From an uncultured Methanosarcinaceae archaeon (GTDB taxonomy: Archaea > Halobacteriota > Methanosarcinia > Methanosarcinales > Methanosarcinaceae), in NCBI GenBank assembly GCA_963833425.1, contig CAWHXP010000005.1:64001-128000 (forward strand): a DNA stretch of 64,000 bases. Reading direction: 5' to 3'. Each line of letters starts with the position of its first letter. Within the stretch, counting starts at the first letter, position 1. The notes beneath the pieces are model-generated. The model was given only the letters and a program-made list of their open reading frames with translations, ran no database searches and had not been told where the DNA came from. The position numbers were made by a program, and so were the translations under genes. Of the stretch, positions 1-8,794 are shown piece by piece.

Positions 1-2892
1 GTTGGGGGTTTGAAGACTAATTTTGCAGTTGAATATCTCGCCAAAAACGGGCTTGCTAATATAGAACTTTATAAGCTTGAAGAACTTGCCAAAGGAGTTG
101 ATGGACATCCTCTGGCTCTAAAACTTCTTGTAGAATTAGTAAAGAAATTTGGAGAAGAAGATACCATAGAGGATCTAAATATATATCAGGAACAAAAACA
201 GGACACAATATTAAAAGCGAGAAAGCTCTTTGACAAACTAGTAGGGAAAGAAAAAGCTCTAGTTGAGCGTATTTCTGTCTATCGTGAGCCTGTGAAGATA
301 GAAGGGCTTAAAGAGATGTTTATGGAGAAGACATCTTTAACTGATATTCAAAGGCTTAGGAATAAGTCACTATTAGAAACTGATCTTAGTGGTAAGTATT
401 GGCTTCATCCTCTGGTACAAGAGTTCTCTTACTACGACCTTGAAAACAAAAAAGAAGTACATAAGCTTGCAATGAATTATTACCTTTCTCTATCTATTCC
501 TGAAAAGCCTGTAAAAAAAGAAGATATCCAGTCTCTTATTGAAGCACACTACCATGCCTACACGGCAAAAGAATACGATCAGGCTTTCAACATCATATTT
601 GACAATAAATTGAATGAATATCTTGATCTCTGGGGCAATTATACAGTACTTATTGATCTCTACTCAAAATTATTGCCAGATAATCATTTTAAAACCGAAA
701 TTCTTCTGAAAGATAAAGGAAGTCATGGTATAGTCCTTGGGAATCTAGGGCTAGCATACCGTGATCTTGGAGAGATAAGGAAAGCAATTGAGTATTATGA
801 ACAAGCACTCAAAATTGCTAAAGAAATTGTGGATAGGCAAGATGAAGGAATTTGGCTTGGAAATCTGGGGAGTGCATACAGTGATCTAGGAGAGACGAAA
901 AAAGCAATTGAGTATCTCGAACAAGCACTAGAAATTGCTAAAGAAGGAGACAGGAAAAATGAAGGAATTTGGCTTGGAAATCTAGGGAATGTATACCGTA
1001 ATTTGGGAGAGACGAGAAAAGCAATTGAATATCATGAACAGGCACTAGAAATTGCTAAAGAAACTGGAGACAGGAAAAATGAAGGAGGTCAACTTGGAAA
1101 TTTGGGGAACGCTTACTATAATTTGGGAGAGACTAAAAAAGCAATTGAGTATTTAGAACAGGCACTAAAAATTGCTCAAGAAATAGGAGACAGGCAAGGA
1201 GAAGGAGCAGACCTTGGAAATATGGGGAACGCTTACTATAATTTGGGAAAAACGAAAAAAGCAATTGAGTATTACGAACAGGCACTAAAAATTGCTCAAG
1301 AAATTGGGTACAGGCTAGGAGAAGGAATTTGGCTTGGAAGTCTAGGGAACGCATACAGTGTTCTAGGAGAACAGAAGAAGGCAATTGAGTATTCTAAACA
1401 GGCACTAAAAATTGTTCAAGAAATTGGGTACAGGCAAGTAGAAGGAACTTGCATTGGAAATCTTGGGAATGCATACAAGGATCTTGGAGAACCGAGAAAC
1501 GCAATTAAATATTATGAAAAAGCACTCAAAATTGCTCAAGAAATTGGGGATAGGCAAGGAGAAGGAACAGACCTGGGAAATCTGGGGTTAGTATACAGTG
1601 ATCTAGGTGAGACTAAAAAAGCAATTGGATATTACGAGCAGGCATTGCTAATTTCAAGAAAAATAGGTGATAGACGCGGAGAAGGAACTTGGCTTGGGAA
1701 TCTTGGAAACGTTTACAGACAACTGGATAAGATTACAATAGCAATTGAATATTACAAGCAGGCACTAGAAATTGCTCAAAAAATTGATGATAGACGAGGA
1801 GAAGGTGCAGCTCTTGGAAATCTGGGGTTAGTATATAGTGATCTAGGTGAGATTAAAAAAGCAATTGAATGTTATGAGCAGACTTTGCTAATTTCAATAG
1901 AAGTAGATGATAGACGCGGAGAAGGAATCGCTCTTGGAAATCTGGGATTAGTATATAGTTATCTAGGTGAGATTAAAAAAGGAATTGAACATTATGAGCA
2001 GGCATTAAAAATTTCGAAGGAAGTGGGGAATAGACACGCTGAAGGTGCGATTCTTGGAAATTTGGGGAATGCATATAGCCAAGTTGGTAAGATTACAACA
2101 GCACTTGAATATTACGAGCAGGCTTTGCTAATTTCAAGAGAAATAGGTGATAGACGCGGAGAAGGAAATCGTATTGGAAATTTGGGGTTAGTATACAGTG
2201 ATCTGGGTAAGGTTACAACAGCAATTGAATATTACGAGCAGGCTTTGCTAATTTCAAGAGAAATAGGTGATAGACGCGGAGAAGGGACTTGGCTTGGAAA
2301 TCTAGGGCTAGCATACTCTAATTTGGGAGAACCGAAAAAAACAATTGAATATTTTGAACAGGCATTCAAAATTGCTCAAGAAATCGGGGACAGGCAGGTA
2401 GAAGGAACTTGCATTGGAAATCTTGGGAATGCATACAGTGATCTGGGAGAGACAAAAAAAGCAATTGAGTATTATGAACAGTCACTCAAAATTGCTCAAG
2501 AAATAGGGGACAGGCAAGGAGAAGGAATTTGGCTTGGAAATCTAGGGAGAGCATACTATAATTTGGGAGAGACGAAAAAAACAATTGAATATTTTGAACA
2601 GGCATTCAAAATTGCTCAAGAAATAGGGGACAGACAAGTAGAAGGAACTTGCATTGGAAATCTTGGGAATGCATACAGTGATCTGGGAGAGACAAAAAAA
2701 GCAATTGAGTATTATGAACAGTCACTCAAAATTGCTCAAGAAATTGGGGATAGGCGAAATGAAGAAGTTTGGCTTGAAAATCTGGGGAAAGCATACAAGG
2801 ATCTTGGAGAGACGAAGAAAGCAATTGAATATCATGAACAGTCACTCAAAATTGCTAAAGAAATTGGAGGTAGGCGAAATGAAGGAACTTGA
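1..2892 (+). CDS. STAND/NB-ARC-type protein with C-terminal TPR array (5' part lies outside the window)
   Basis: Frame is open from base 1. GHPLAL (GxP motif) and WLHPLVQEF (winged-helix/MHD-like motif) are followed by 18 ~40-aa repeats EGxxLGNLGxxYxxLGExxKAIEYYEQALxIAxEIGDR. Confidence 0.85.
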   Translation, partial: VGGLKTNFAVEYLAKNGLANIELYKLEELAKGVDGHPLALKLLVELVKKFGEEDTIEDLNIYQEQKQDTILKARKLFDKLVGKEKALVERISVYREPVKIEGLKEMFMEKTSLTDIQRLRNKSLLETDLSGKYWLHPLVQEFSYYDLENKKEVHKLAMNYYLSLSIPEKPVKKEDIQSLIEAHYHAYTAKEYDQAFNIIFDNKLNEYLDLWGNYTVLIDLYSKLLPDNHFKTEILLKDKGSHGIVLGNLGLAYRDLGEIRKAIEYYEQALKIAKEIVDRQDEGIWLGNLGSAYSDLGETKKAIEYLEQALEIAKEGDRKNEGIWLGNLGNVYRNLGETRKAIEYHEQALEIAKETGDRKNEGGQLGNLGNAYYNLGETKKAIEYLEQALKIAQEIGDRQGEGADLGNMGNAYYNLGKTKKAIEYYEQALKIAQEIGYRLGEGIWLGSLGNAYSVLGEQKKAIEYSKQALKIVQEIGYRQVEGTCIGNLGNAYKDLGEPRNAIKYYEKALKIAQEIGDRQGEGTDLGNLGLVYSDLGETKKAIGYYEQALLISRKIGDRRGEGTWLGNLGNVYRQLDKITIAIEYYKQALEIAQKIDDRRGEGAALGNLGLVYSDLGEIKKAIECYEQTLLISIEVDDRRGEGIALGNLGLVYSYLGEIKKGIEHYEQALKISKEVGNRHAEGAILGNLGNAYSQVGKITTALEYYEQALLISREIGDRRGEGNRIGNLGLVYSDLGKVTTAIEYYEQALLISREIGDRRGEGTWLGNLGLAYSNLGEPKKTIEYFEQAFKIAQEIGDRQVEGTCIGNLGNAYSDLGETKKAIEYYEQSLKIAQEIGDRQGEGIWLGNLGRAYYNLGETKKTIEYFEQAFKIAQEIGDRQVEGTCIGNLGNAYSDLGETKKAIEYYEQSLKIAQEIGDRRNEEVWLENLGKAYKDLGETKKAIEYHEQSLKIAKEIGGRRNEGT

Positions 2893-3060
2893 CTTGGAAA
2901 TCTGGGGCTAGCATATAAGAATCTGGGAGAACGAAGAAAACAATTGGGTATTATAAACAGGCACTAAAAATTGCTCAAGAAATTGAAGATCCCAGAATAA
3001 TTGATTTTTGTGAGAGAAATCTTGAGAAATTAAAAATTCGAAAAATAAACTTCTCTGGCT
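2893..3060 (+). pseudogene. Decayed 19th TPR repeat and original C-terminus of the upstream gene
   Basis: After the TGA (where other repeats have TGG/TGC) the frame continues LGNLGLAYKNLGE. After a 1-nt shift it reads KKTIGYYKQALKIAQEIEDPRIIDFCERNLEKLK. Confidence 0.75.
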
Positions 3061-3181
3061 TATGTGCAAAAAATCAGTCTCTGTTACAAAATCGGTGTAG
3101 ACCATCACAATTAAGAAAGTTAATTAATCTCATAACTGCGAAAAATATACAAAACGAGACCCTTCTTCAGACTACCACCAT

Positions 3182-3526
3182 TTGGGAATGATTGCGCAGG
3201 AGCGTCAGAAGTTTGAAGAGGCTGAAGAATTGTATAGAAAAGCGCTGGAGATTTTTGAACGTTTGGGGCTTGAAAGATACGCGGCTGCAGACTACCACCA
3301 ATTAGGAATTGTTGCACAGGAGCGTCAGAAGTTTGACGAGGCTGAAAAATGGTATAGAAAAGCGCTGGAGATGTATGAATGTCTGGGGCTTGAAAGAGAT
3401 GCTGCTACAGGCTATCTTCATTTGGGAATGATTGCGCAGGAGCGTCAGAAGTTTGACGAGGCTGAAGAACTTTATAGAAAAGCTCTAGATATTTTTAGCA
3501 GATCAAAGTCGAAAATAACTAGATAG
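3182..3526 (+). CDS. TPR repeat protein fragment (~3 repeats, probably a 5'-truncated remnant)
   Basis: 120-bp near-identical repeats HxLGxxAQERQKFxEAExxYRKALE. The repeat pattern starts upstream of the ATG (~3170), with no N-terminal domain. Confidence 0.65.
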   Translation: MGMIAQERQKFEEAEELYRKALEIFERLGLERYAAADYHQLGIVAQERQKFDEAEKWYRKALEMYECLGLERDAATGYLHLGMIAQERQKFDEAEELYRKALDIFSRSKSKITR

Positions 3527-3766
3527 ATGTCAAAGGCAATGCTGTACTCTAACAGGCAAATATGGACGATTCGAAAACTCAGACCAAAGCACTTTACGCC
3601 AGAAGAATGTTAAGACCTAGCAAAAAGAAAGCTAAAAGAAAATATGAACAAACAGGCTATGTAGATTAACCTTTAATTCAGGGAAATAGCAAACTTAACA
3701 TAAATTACTTGGGATAATAGAGAAAAAGAAGGCGCCATTTAAATTTTGGTAAACCCTAGCATGATA

Positions 3767-4135
3767 TCATTTCCTATTCATTATTACTACTTCTCCATGA
3801 TCGAAATTTAAAGTGGGATATCCTTCATAACAATTATCACATAACACAGTCACAGTTGGACTTTTACCGCGCTGTCGTATAGTTTTTATCATTCCACATT
3901 TTTCTAACTCATCCAATGCTCTTGGAAAAGCCCAATCAGGGATAGGTAAATGTATATTTATATCTTTCAAGGTGACTACTAAATTTGTAGATTTTTTAAT
4001 ACCTTTTAAGTGCCAAATGTACATAGCCACCCTATAAGTATGCCCAACTGAATTTGAAGGTAGCTTCACAATCCATTCTAAAGGCAATTGGGGTATGAAG
4101 TATCCTTTTATTTTATCTCTAGAATTTACTAACAT
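3767..4135 (-). CDS. Small winged-helix DNA-binding protein, candidate replication initiator
   Basis: 122 aa. C-terminal RALDELEKCGMIKTIRQRGKSPTVTV fits a wHTH recognition helix plus wing. Lies directly downstream of polA and the repeat array. Confidence 0.6.
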   Translation of the reverse strand: MLVNSRDKIKGYFIPQLPLEWIVKLPSNSVGHTYRVAMYIWHLKGIKKSTNLVVTLKDINIHLPIPDWAFPRALDELEKCGMIKTIRQRGKSPTVTVLCDNCYEGYPTLNFDHGEVVIMNRK

Positions 4136-4237
4136 GATTTTACCCCATTTAATATTATTTCTAAATGTTAAGAGTAAATAAATAAGAAATATAAAGATAT
4201 ATAAGTAGTAAAATCACTATCAAAAGGCTTTAGAATT

Positions 4238-4345
4238 TAGCTGTGTAGCTAATTAATTTTAGCTGGAGAGCGAAATACATTTTGCTGTGCAGCTAATTAA
4301 TATTGCTCTATAGCTAGATTGGAATTTGGCTCTACAACTAAATAG
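4238..4345. repeat. Five iteron-like direct repeats, candidate origin or operator array
   Basis: GCTGTGTAGCTAATTA (4240), GCTGGAGAGCGAAATA (4262), GCTGTGCAGCTAATTA (4284), GCTCTATAGCTAGATT (4305), GCTCTACAACTAAATA (4329). Spacing is 22, 22, 21, 24 bp, with a very AT-rich tract at ~4140-4235. Confidence 0.65.
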
Positions 4346-4387
4346 AAAAGTCTGTCCAGGGTTTTTGAGTCTTATTTACGATGTTTT

Positions 4388-6157
4388 TTACTCTTGTTTT
4401 ACTTCTTTGAGTATCCGCATAATAAGATTCCAAGTTTCTGCACCTTTCTCATCTATATACCTTTCAGGATAACGAACAATACCGGCATCTGTTTTCAATC
4501 TGTTACCAGCACCTAGAACAATTTCAGATGCATCACACATCAGCTTTCTCGCTATCTCTATCTCTTTGTCTGCCGCCTTTTCATCGCACTCAATCATCAC
4601 TGCATCGTGAACTGGAGCAACAATTTTAATTTTATTTTCCGAGAGAAGGATGCATGCCACTCTAAGAATTTCAGCTCCAGTAGCTTGAATTGGGAAATTT
4701 CGGACGGTCAACATTTCCTTGTTGCTGGAGCCTGAAACAATCATTTTCCATTTATAGCAGGTTTCAATCCTTTTCATCAAACAGGCTTGAGTCCAGGTCA
4801 TATCTACCCAACGCCAGTAAATTTTAAAAATTCTTTTATGATGACTAAGCAGTTCCTTTGCATAAGGTGTAGGCTTACCAATTTTAAATCCAAGTGATTC
4901 TGCACCCAAGCCATACTGGACACCAAGTACACAAGATTTAAAGAGTTGTCTCGCACTGCCATGCGTTTCTTTTGTAGCGTCTGCTGGAACTGCACCTGCT
5001 AATTTTGCAAAAGCCAGATACGGATCCCCACTTTTATATGCCTCAATCATATTAGGGTCCTTAGAGAGAATTGCTGCAATAAAAAACTCTTGTTGTGAAT
5101 AATCAATATATGCAAGCACTTTTTCCTCAGTCGGTTTTATTAGACTTCTCAGACTAGCAGGAAGTCCAAACATAAACCGAACTCTTAATTCTCCTCTATT
5201 CTTTTTCTCCTCGTCATCCTTTGGGGCATTTCTACCTGTCTTAGTCCAGTAGGGAGAGATTAAAGTTCGACTTCTGCCATCTGAACCAGCCACTATAGAC
5301 TTAAAGTTTAGCCCACCAATAAGAGTTTTTAATTCCTTCAAAGGCCCTATTTCAGGATGGATTTCTGCCATTTCCTTGAATGTTTCCTTATCGGTTTTTG
5401 GCAGACCAGTGTCAGTTCTCGGCCACGCCCAATTGTTGACTTGAATAAATCTCTCAAAATTATTTATTTTAAAACTGGTTCCTTCGTAAATTCCAAATTT
5501 GTCAATATTTTTTATCAGTTTAAATTTTATTTTTTCCCAGTTTTCTTGCAACTCTTGAAGTAGATCGGTATCTATTGGTATACCAGTATATTCGATTTCA
5601 GCCACAGATTTCATATACTCCCCCCGATAGAGAGAAGTGGGTATGTCGAAATCAGGGACCATAATCATTCGTTTGAATAACTCGGCTGTTTCAAGTACGT
5701 CAGATTCGCAATAACTCATAATATATTCTTGATCTTCTTCAGAGTAAGGAGCTCCAGCTAAAATACGATCTCTGGCAGCATCTTTCTCCACTTTGCTAAT
5801 AGTCTCTATGCCAAAAGCTTTACAGGCATCCAGCAGGTTTGCACCTCTTCGTTCATAAGAATGATTAGAAAAGCACCTGTACTCTACGAATGAATCAATT
5901 ACATTGAATGGTAAAGGCCAGCTTAAGACCAGGTGGCACCCCCACTCTGCTGAACTCATATGAGCAACAAATAAATCATTTTCACCTATTGAGTAGGGCG
6001 GCTGATGATTGCTTTCTTCGAAAAGCCACAGTCTTTTAGTTTCTCCAGAAATTATTTCATGGGAAACAACACAAACAGGTATTGGACGTTCGCTAGGCTT
6101 TGCGATAAATTCAAAATCAATCACATAAATATGATTAAAAAATGATAGGGGGAGCAT
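4388..6157 (-). CDS. Family A DNA polymerase (3'-5' exonuclease + polymerase, no 5'-3' exonuclease)
   Basis: ExoI VIDFEF and ExoIII YCESD; TKTGR; motif A AYIDYSQQE; motif B RQLFKSCVLGVQYG; motif C APVHDAV. 589 aa. Confidence 0.92.
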   Translation of the reverse strand: MLPLSFFNHIYVIDFEFIAKPSERPIPVCVVSHEIISGETKRLWLFEESNHQPPYSIGENDLFVAHMSSAEWGCHLVLSWPLPFNVIDSFVEYRCFSNHSYERRGANLLDACKAFGIETISKVEKDAARDRILAGAPYSEEDQEYIMSYCESDVLETAELFKRMIMVPDFDIPTSLYRGEYMKSVAEIEYTGIPIDTDLLQELQENWEKIKFKLIKNIDKFGIYEGTSFKINNFERFIQVNNWAWPRTDTGLPKTDKETFKEMAEIHPEIGPLKELKTLIGGLNFKSIVAGSDGRSRTLISPYWTKTGRNAPKDDEEKKNRGELRVRFMFGLPASLRSLIKPTEEKVLAYIDYSQQEFFIAAILSKDPNMIEAYKSGDPYLAFAKLAGAVPADATKETHGSARQLFKSCVLGVQYGLGAESLGFKIGKPTPYAKELLSHHKRIFKIYWRWVDMTWTQACLMKRIETCYKWKMIVSGSSNKEMLTVRNFPIQATGAEILRVACILLSENKIKIVAPVHDAVMIECDEKAADKEIEIARKLMCDASEIVLGAGNRLKTDAGIVRYPERYIDEKGAETWNLIMRILKEVKQE

Positions 6158-6726
6158 TAAAGCTCACCCCTGAGTTTCTTTAAAACCGGATGGTTATGGT
6201 CATCAATGAACTTGTCCTTGAAAGCTAATTCGATAGCTTTCACCATATTCTCTGGTTCCTCAGGCCATTCCGGGTCTGGAAGTTTACTCATTGATAAGAT
6301 CATGTCGTAAGCTCCAATTGAGTCATTCGTTTGAAGCTTTAGCCATTGAGTTTCAGCTGCTGTGTAAGCTAACCTTCTGGTTCGATTATATTCATGATCC
6401 TTACCATCTGCGTCAGGTTTGGGAATTTCTGAGAGAAAGATTTCACCTGACCCGTAAGTAATGCCGGCGTAAATTCTGACGAGTCTTAACTTTTTTGTTT
6501 CTATTACCTCTGGGTACAGAGCCGGATCGAGAAGAAATTTTCCTTCTCCATCACCTTTTCCACCTAAATCTAAGAGATAAGTGTCAAATTTCCATTCAGA
6601 CCCAGGCCTGATCCTAAAGAATTCCACACCAGGTTTAGGTTTCTTGATTGGGATGGAAGTTACTACACGTTTAACAACGATGGATATAGTTTCAGTAACT
6701 TGGAGAGCCTCAAAGTTAAAAGGCAT
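6157..6726 (-). CDS. Conserved-looking hypothetical protein coupled to polA (possible SSB or polymerase accessory factor)
   Basis: 189 aa with a GGAGG RBS. Its stop overlaps the polA ATG (TAATG). It resembles, from memory, proteins encoded upstream of similar PolA genes in bacterial integrated elements (C-terminus PxPEWP...AFKDKFIDDHNHPVLKKLRGE). Confidence 0.75.
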   Translation of the reverse strand: MPFNFEALQVTETISIVVKRVVTSIPIKKPKPGVEFFRIRPGSEWKFDTYLLDLGGKGDGEGKFLLDPALYPEVIETKKLRLVRIYAGITYGSGEIFLSEIPKPDADGKDHEYNRTRRLAYTAAETQWLKLQTNDSIGAYDMILSMSKLPDPEWPEEPENMVKAIELAFKDKFIDDHNHPVLKKLRGEL

Positions 6727-6880
6727 CTAAAAAACCTCCATCGTTGAAGTAAAATTTTCTAGACTATACATGCGACTGCTAGGTGCAGAGCTAAAAAAGG
6801 AAACTATATTTGATATGGAAACTATATTATTCATGATGCATCACTTTTTATTTATGGGTCGATCTGTTCTTTTGGGTCAC

Positions 6881-7264
6881 TCATGATGAAAGCAAGCATC
6901 CTACAGTGATGGTTTGCGAAATTCCCGACTGCTTGGCCGCTGCGGATATTCGCGAATCACTAACTGCAACGTTTTTAATTAAGATGGCTTTTGCTTTATC
7001 ATATACATACTCTGTTTTGAGTAGCAAAGCAATCCCCAATCTAGTTTTACTGTTTTCAGAGTTGCCTCTCCTCTTATCGATGGATGCTCTTATTGGCAGG
7101 AGACGTGCCTGAGCTATTTTTTCGATTTTGATCATTGTTTTATGTACATTGGAGAGATGATGATCAAGTTCCGCATCTATCGTTAAAGTTTTATTTTTAT
7201 AATATATTATGCATAATGATACCTTCGATATTTTGGGACTTCCCGTAATCTTGCTTTTAAGCAT
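6881..7264 (-). CDS. Hypothetical protein of the element
   Basis: 127-aa ORF with GAGG RBS, overlapped by the stop of the upstream small ORF. Confidence 0.5.
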   Translation of the reverse strand: MLKSKITGSPKISKVSLCIIYYKNKTLTIDAELDHHLSNVHKTMIKIEKIAQARLLPIRASIDKRRGNSENSKTRLGIALLLKTEYVYDKAKAILIKNVAVSDSRISAAAKQSGISQTITVGCLLSS

Positions 7265-7427
7265 TTATCCTCACTCCTACCGTTTTTAATATGTCTTTCG
7301 CAATAACCCGATTTAGAGGATTATCACTTTTCAACATGAGCAATAAAACGTCGTTATTTTGTTCACTAACAAGTCTTGCCCATTCTGAGAACGAAAAAAA
7401 TTTATCTTTTCTGGTTATAGAGTTCAT
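7257..7427 (-). CDS. Small hypothetical protein (56 aa, absent from the ORF track)
   Basis: MNSITRKDKFFSFSEWARLVSEQNNDVLLLMLKSDNPLNRVIAKDILKTVGVRINA. Starts just after the stop of 7429-7638 (AGGTGA RBS) and overlaps the next start. Confidence 0.6.
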   Translation of the reverse strand: MNSITRKDKFFSFSEWARLVSEQNNDVLLLMLKSDNPLNRVIAKDILKTVGVRINA

Positions 7428-7428
7428 T

Positions 7429-7638
7429 TCATTCACCTTCTTTCAGATGGTTGATGTTAATCTCGGTTCCACTGGCCCGGCAAGACTCTACAGGAACTGA
7501 GGTTATGATAATTCTTTGTTCATTGTCCATTTCGATCTTTACGTTTTCAGGATTATCTGACCTGATCCACTGTATTGGCAGTCTAATTAAATAGCTACCG
7601 GCTTGTCTAAATATTGACATTTGGCCTAAATTTATCAT
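7429..7638 (-). CDS. AbrB/MazE/SpoVT-like small DNA-binding protein
   Basis: IFRQAGSYLIRLPIQWIR...VKIEMDNEQRIIIT fits the swapped-hairpin pattern. GAGGT RBS; TATA-like tract at 7679-7690. Confidence 0.65.
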   Translation of the reverse strand: MINLGQMSIFRQAGSYLIRLPIQWIRSDNPENVKIEMDNEQRIIITSVPVESCRASGTEININHLKEGE

Positions 7639-7722
7639 TTAAGTACCTCAATTTTACTTCGATACGATTAACGTCATAATTTTATATATAGATTCTATAT
7701 ATTGGTGAGTAGATTTATTAGA

Positions 7723-7763
7723 ACAACATGTTGTGAGACAAAACTAAATATCCAACATGTTGG
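7723..7763. promoter_or_regulatory. Pair of palindromic operators (core CAACATGTTG) in a divergent promoter region
   Basis: Perfect 12-bp palindromes ACAACATGTTGT (7723-7734) and CCAACATGTTGG (7752-7763). Confidence 0.6.
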
Positions 7764-7797
7764 TAGATTATCAGCATTATTTAAAAGAAGTTACAGC

Positions 7798-8658
7798 ATG
7801 TCTTATAACATGGAAGAAAAATATATCCAGGAAAAAACAATAAAAGATAGAATCTTAGGAAGTTTAGTATATTGTCCGAAAACAAACACTCAACTGTTGC
7901 AAGAGCTGAGTTATAGTAATAAACAACATGGTAATATTTCTAAACAATTACATCAGCTCAAAACAGATGGGTTCATTGTTGATGAAAAAGAAAAATCCCC
8001 AAATATAGATGACTATGCTACGTCATGGTCAATAGTCCCAAGTCTAGAAAATGTTAGATATATAGCAAAAGATCCAGATTTGGTACCAGTGCTGCAAAAG
8101 AAAGATTTTGCTCTTGAAGTTATGGCTGAGAACATTCGTGTTTCAATCATTCCAGATGTTATTGTGGATATAGATGCTATTAGTTCTCTTAAAAGTAAAA
8201 AAATAATTATAGGAGCTAAAGAGGAATTATATTTACTTCTAGAAGAGCCTAAAAGAAAATTTAAGGAAATGTTAAGATTATCTCCTGCATTCTTCAACCT
8301 TCATCTACTCCATGAAGTGTACAACATGATGTCTTGGAGTGATTTTGAAAGGGAAATTGAAGAATTACGATATATAGCTAAATTTCAACTTATCCCTTCT
8401 CTTAAGATAGTAGAGTATTATCTATATCAGAATTCATATGATTTTAAAATGTGTGTTAAAAGAGATATGTTTTTTGAAAAATTAAGTGATGAGAAAAAGA
8501 ACTACTTGATTGAAATAGAAAATTATTTGAATGAAGAAGAAAAAAATAGTGATGCCATCAGAAACTCCATCCTAAAAGTCATCACACATCCTGAATATAA
8601 TTCTGTATTGAAGGAAGAAGAAAAAAATATTAAGACCATCAAAAAAGCCATCATGTAA
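7798..8658 (+). CDS. Putative regulator with N-terminal winged HTH
   Basis: IKDRILGSL...PKTNTQLLQELSY...NISKQLHQLKTDGFIV is an ArsR/MarR-like wHTH pattern. An ATG at 7798 or 7810 is more likely than the TTG at 7702. Confidence 0.6.
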   Translation: MSYNMEEKYIQEKTIKDRILGSLVYCPKTNTQLLQELSYSNKQHGNISKQLHQLKTDGFIVDEKEKSPNIDDYATSWSIVPSLENVRYIAKDPDLVPVLQKKDFALEVMAENIRVSIIPDVIVDIDAISSLKSKKIIIGAKEELYLLLEEPKRKFKEMLRLSPAFFNLHLLHEVYNMMSWSDFEREIEELRYIAKFQLIPSLKIVEYYLYQNSYDFKMCVKRDMFFEKLSDEKKNYLIEIENYLNEEEKNSDAIRNSILKVITHPEYNSVLKEEEKNIKTIKKAIM

Positions 8659-8794
8659 CCGGAATATAATTCTGCATTGAAATAAATTTTCTCTAAATAT
8701 CGTTTTACCTAAATTTCTAAAAATATTAAAAGAATTTGTATTACAATTTATTGTCTAATTGTGGAATTGGTTTCGTTATAGATAGCCATTTAAA

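Noticed and set aside
720..2892. TPR repeats as a diversity-generating retroelement target or CRISPR-like array
   Set aside because: The repeats are in-frame coding units. Differences are not adenine-specific, and no reverse transcriptase or cas gene is in the window.
2890..2892. TGA as selenocysteine or programmed read-through
   Set aside because: A frameshift follows within about 40 nt and equivalent codons in other repeats are TGG/TGC, so simple decay explains it. No in-frame TAG suggesting pyrrolysine was noticed in intact genes.
4238..4345. Mini-CRISPR array
   Set aside because: The period of ~22 bp leaves no room for spacers, and the units are degenerate.
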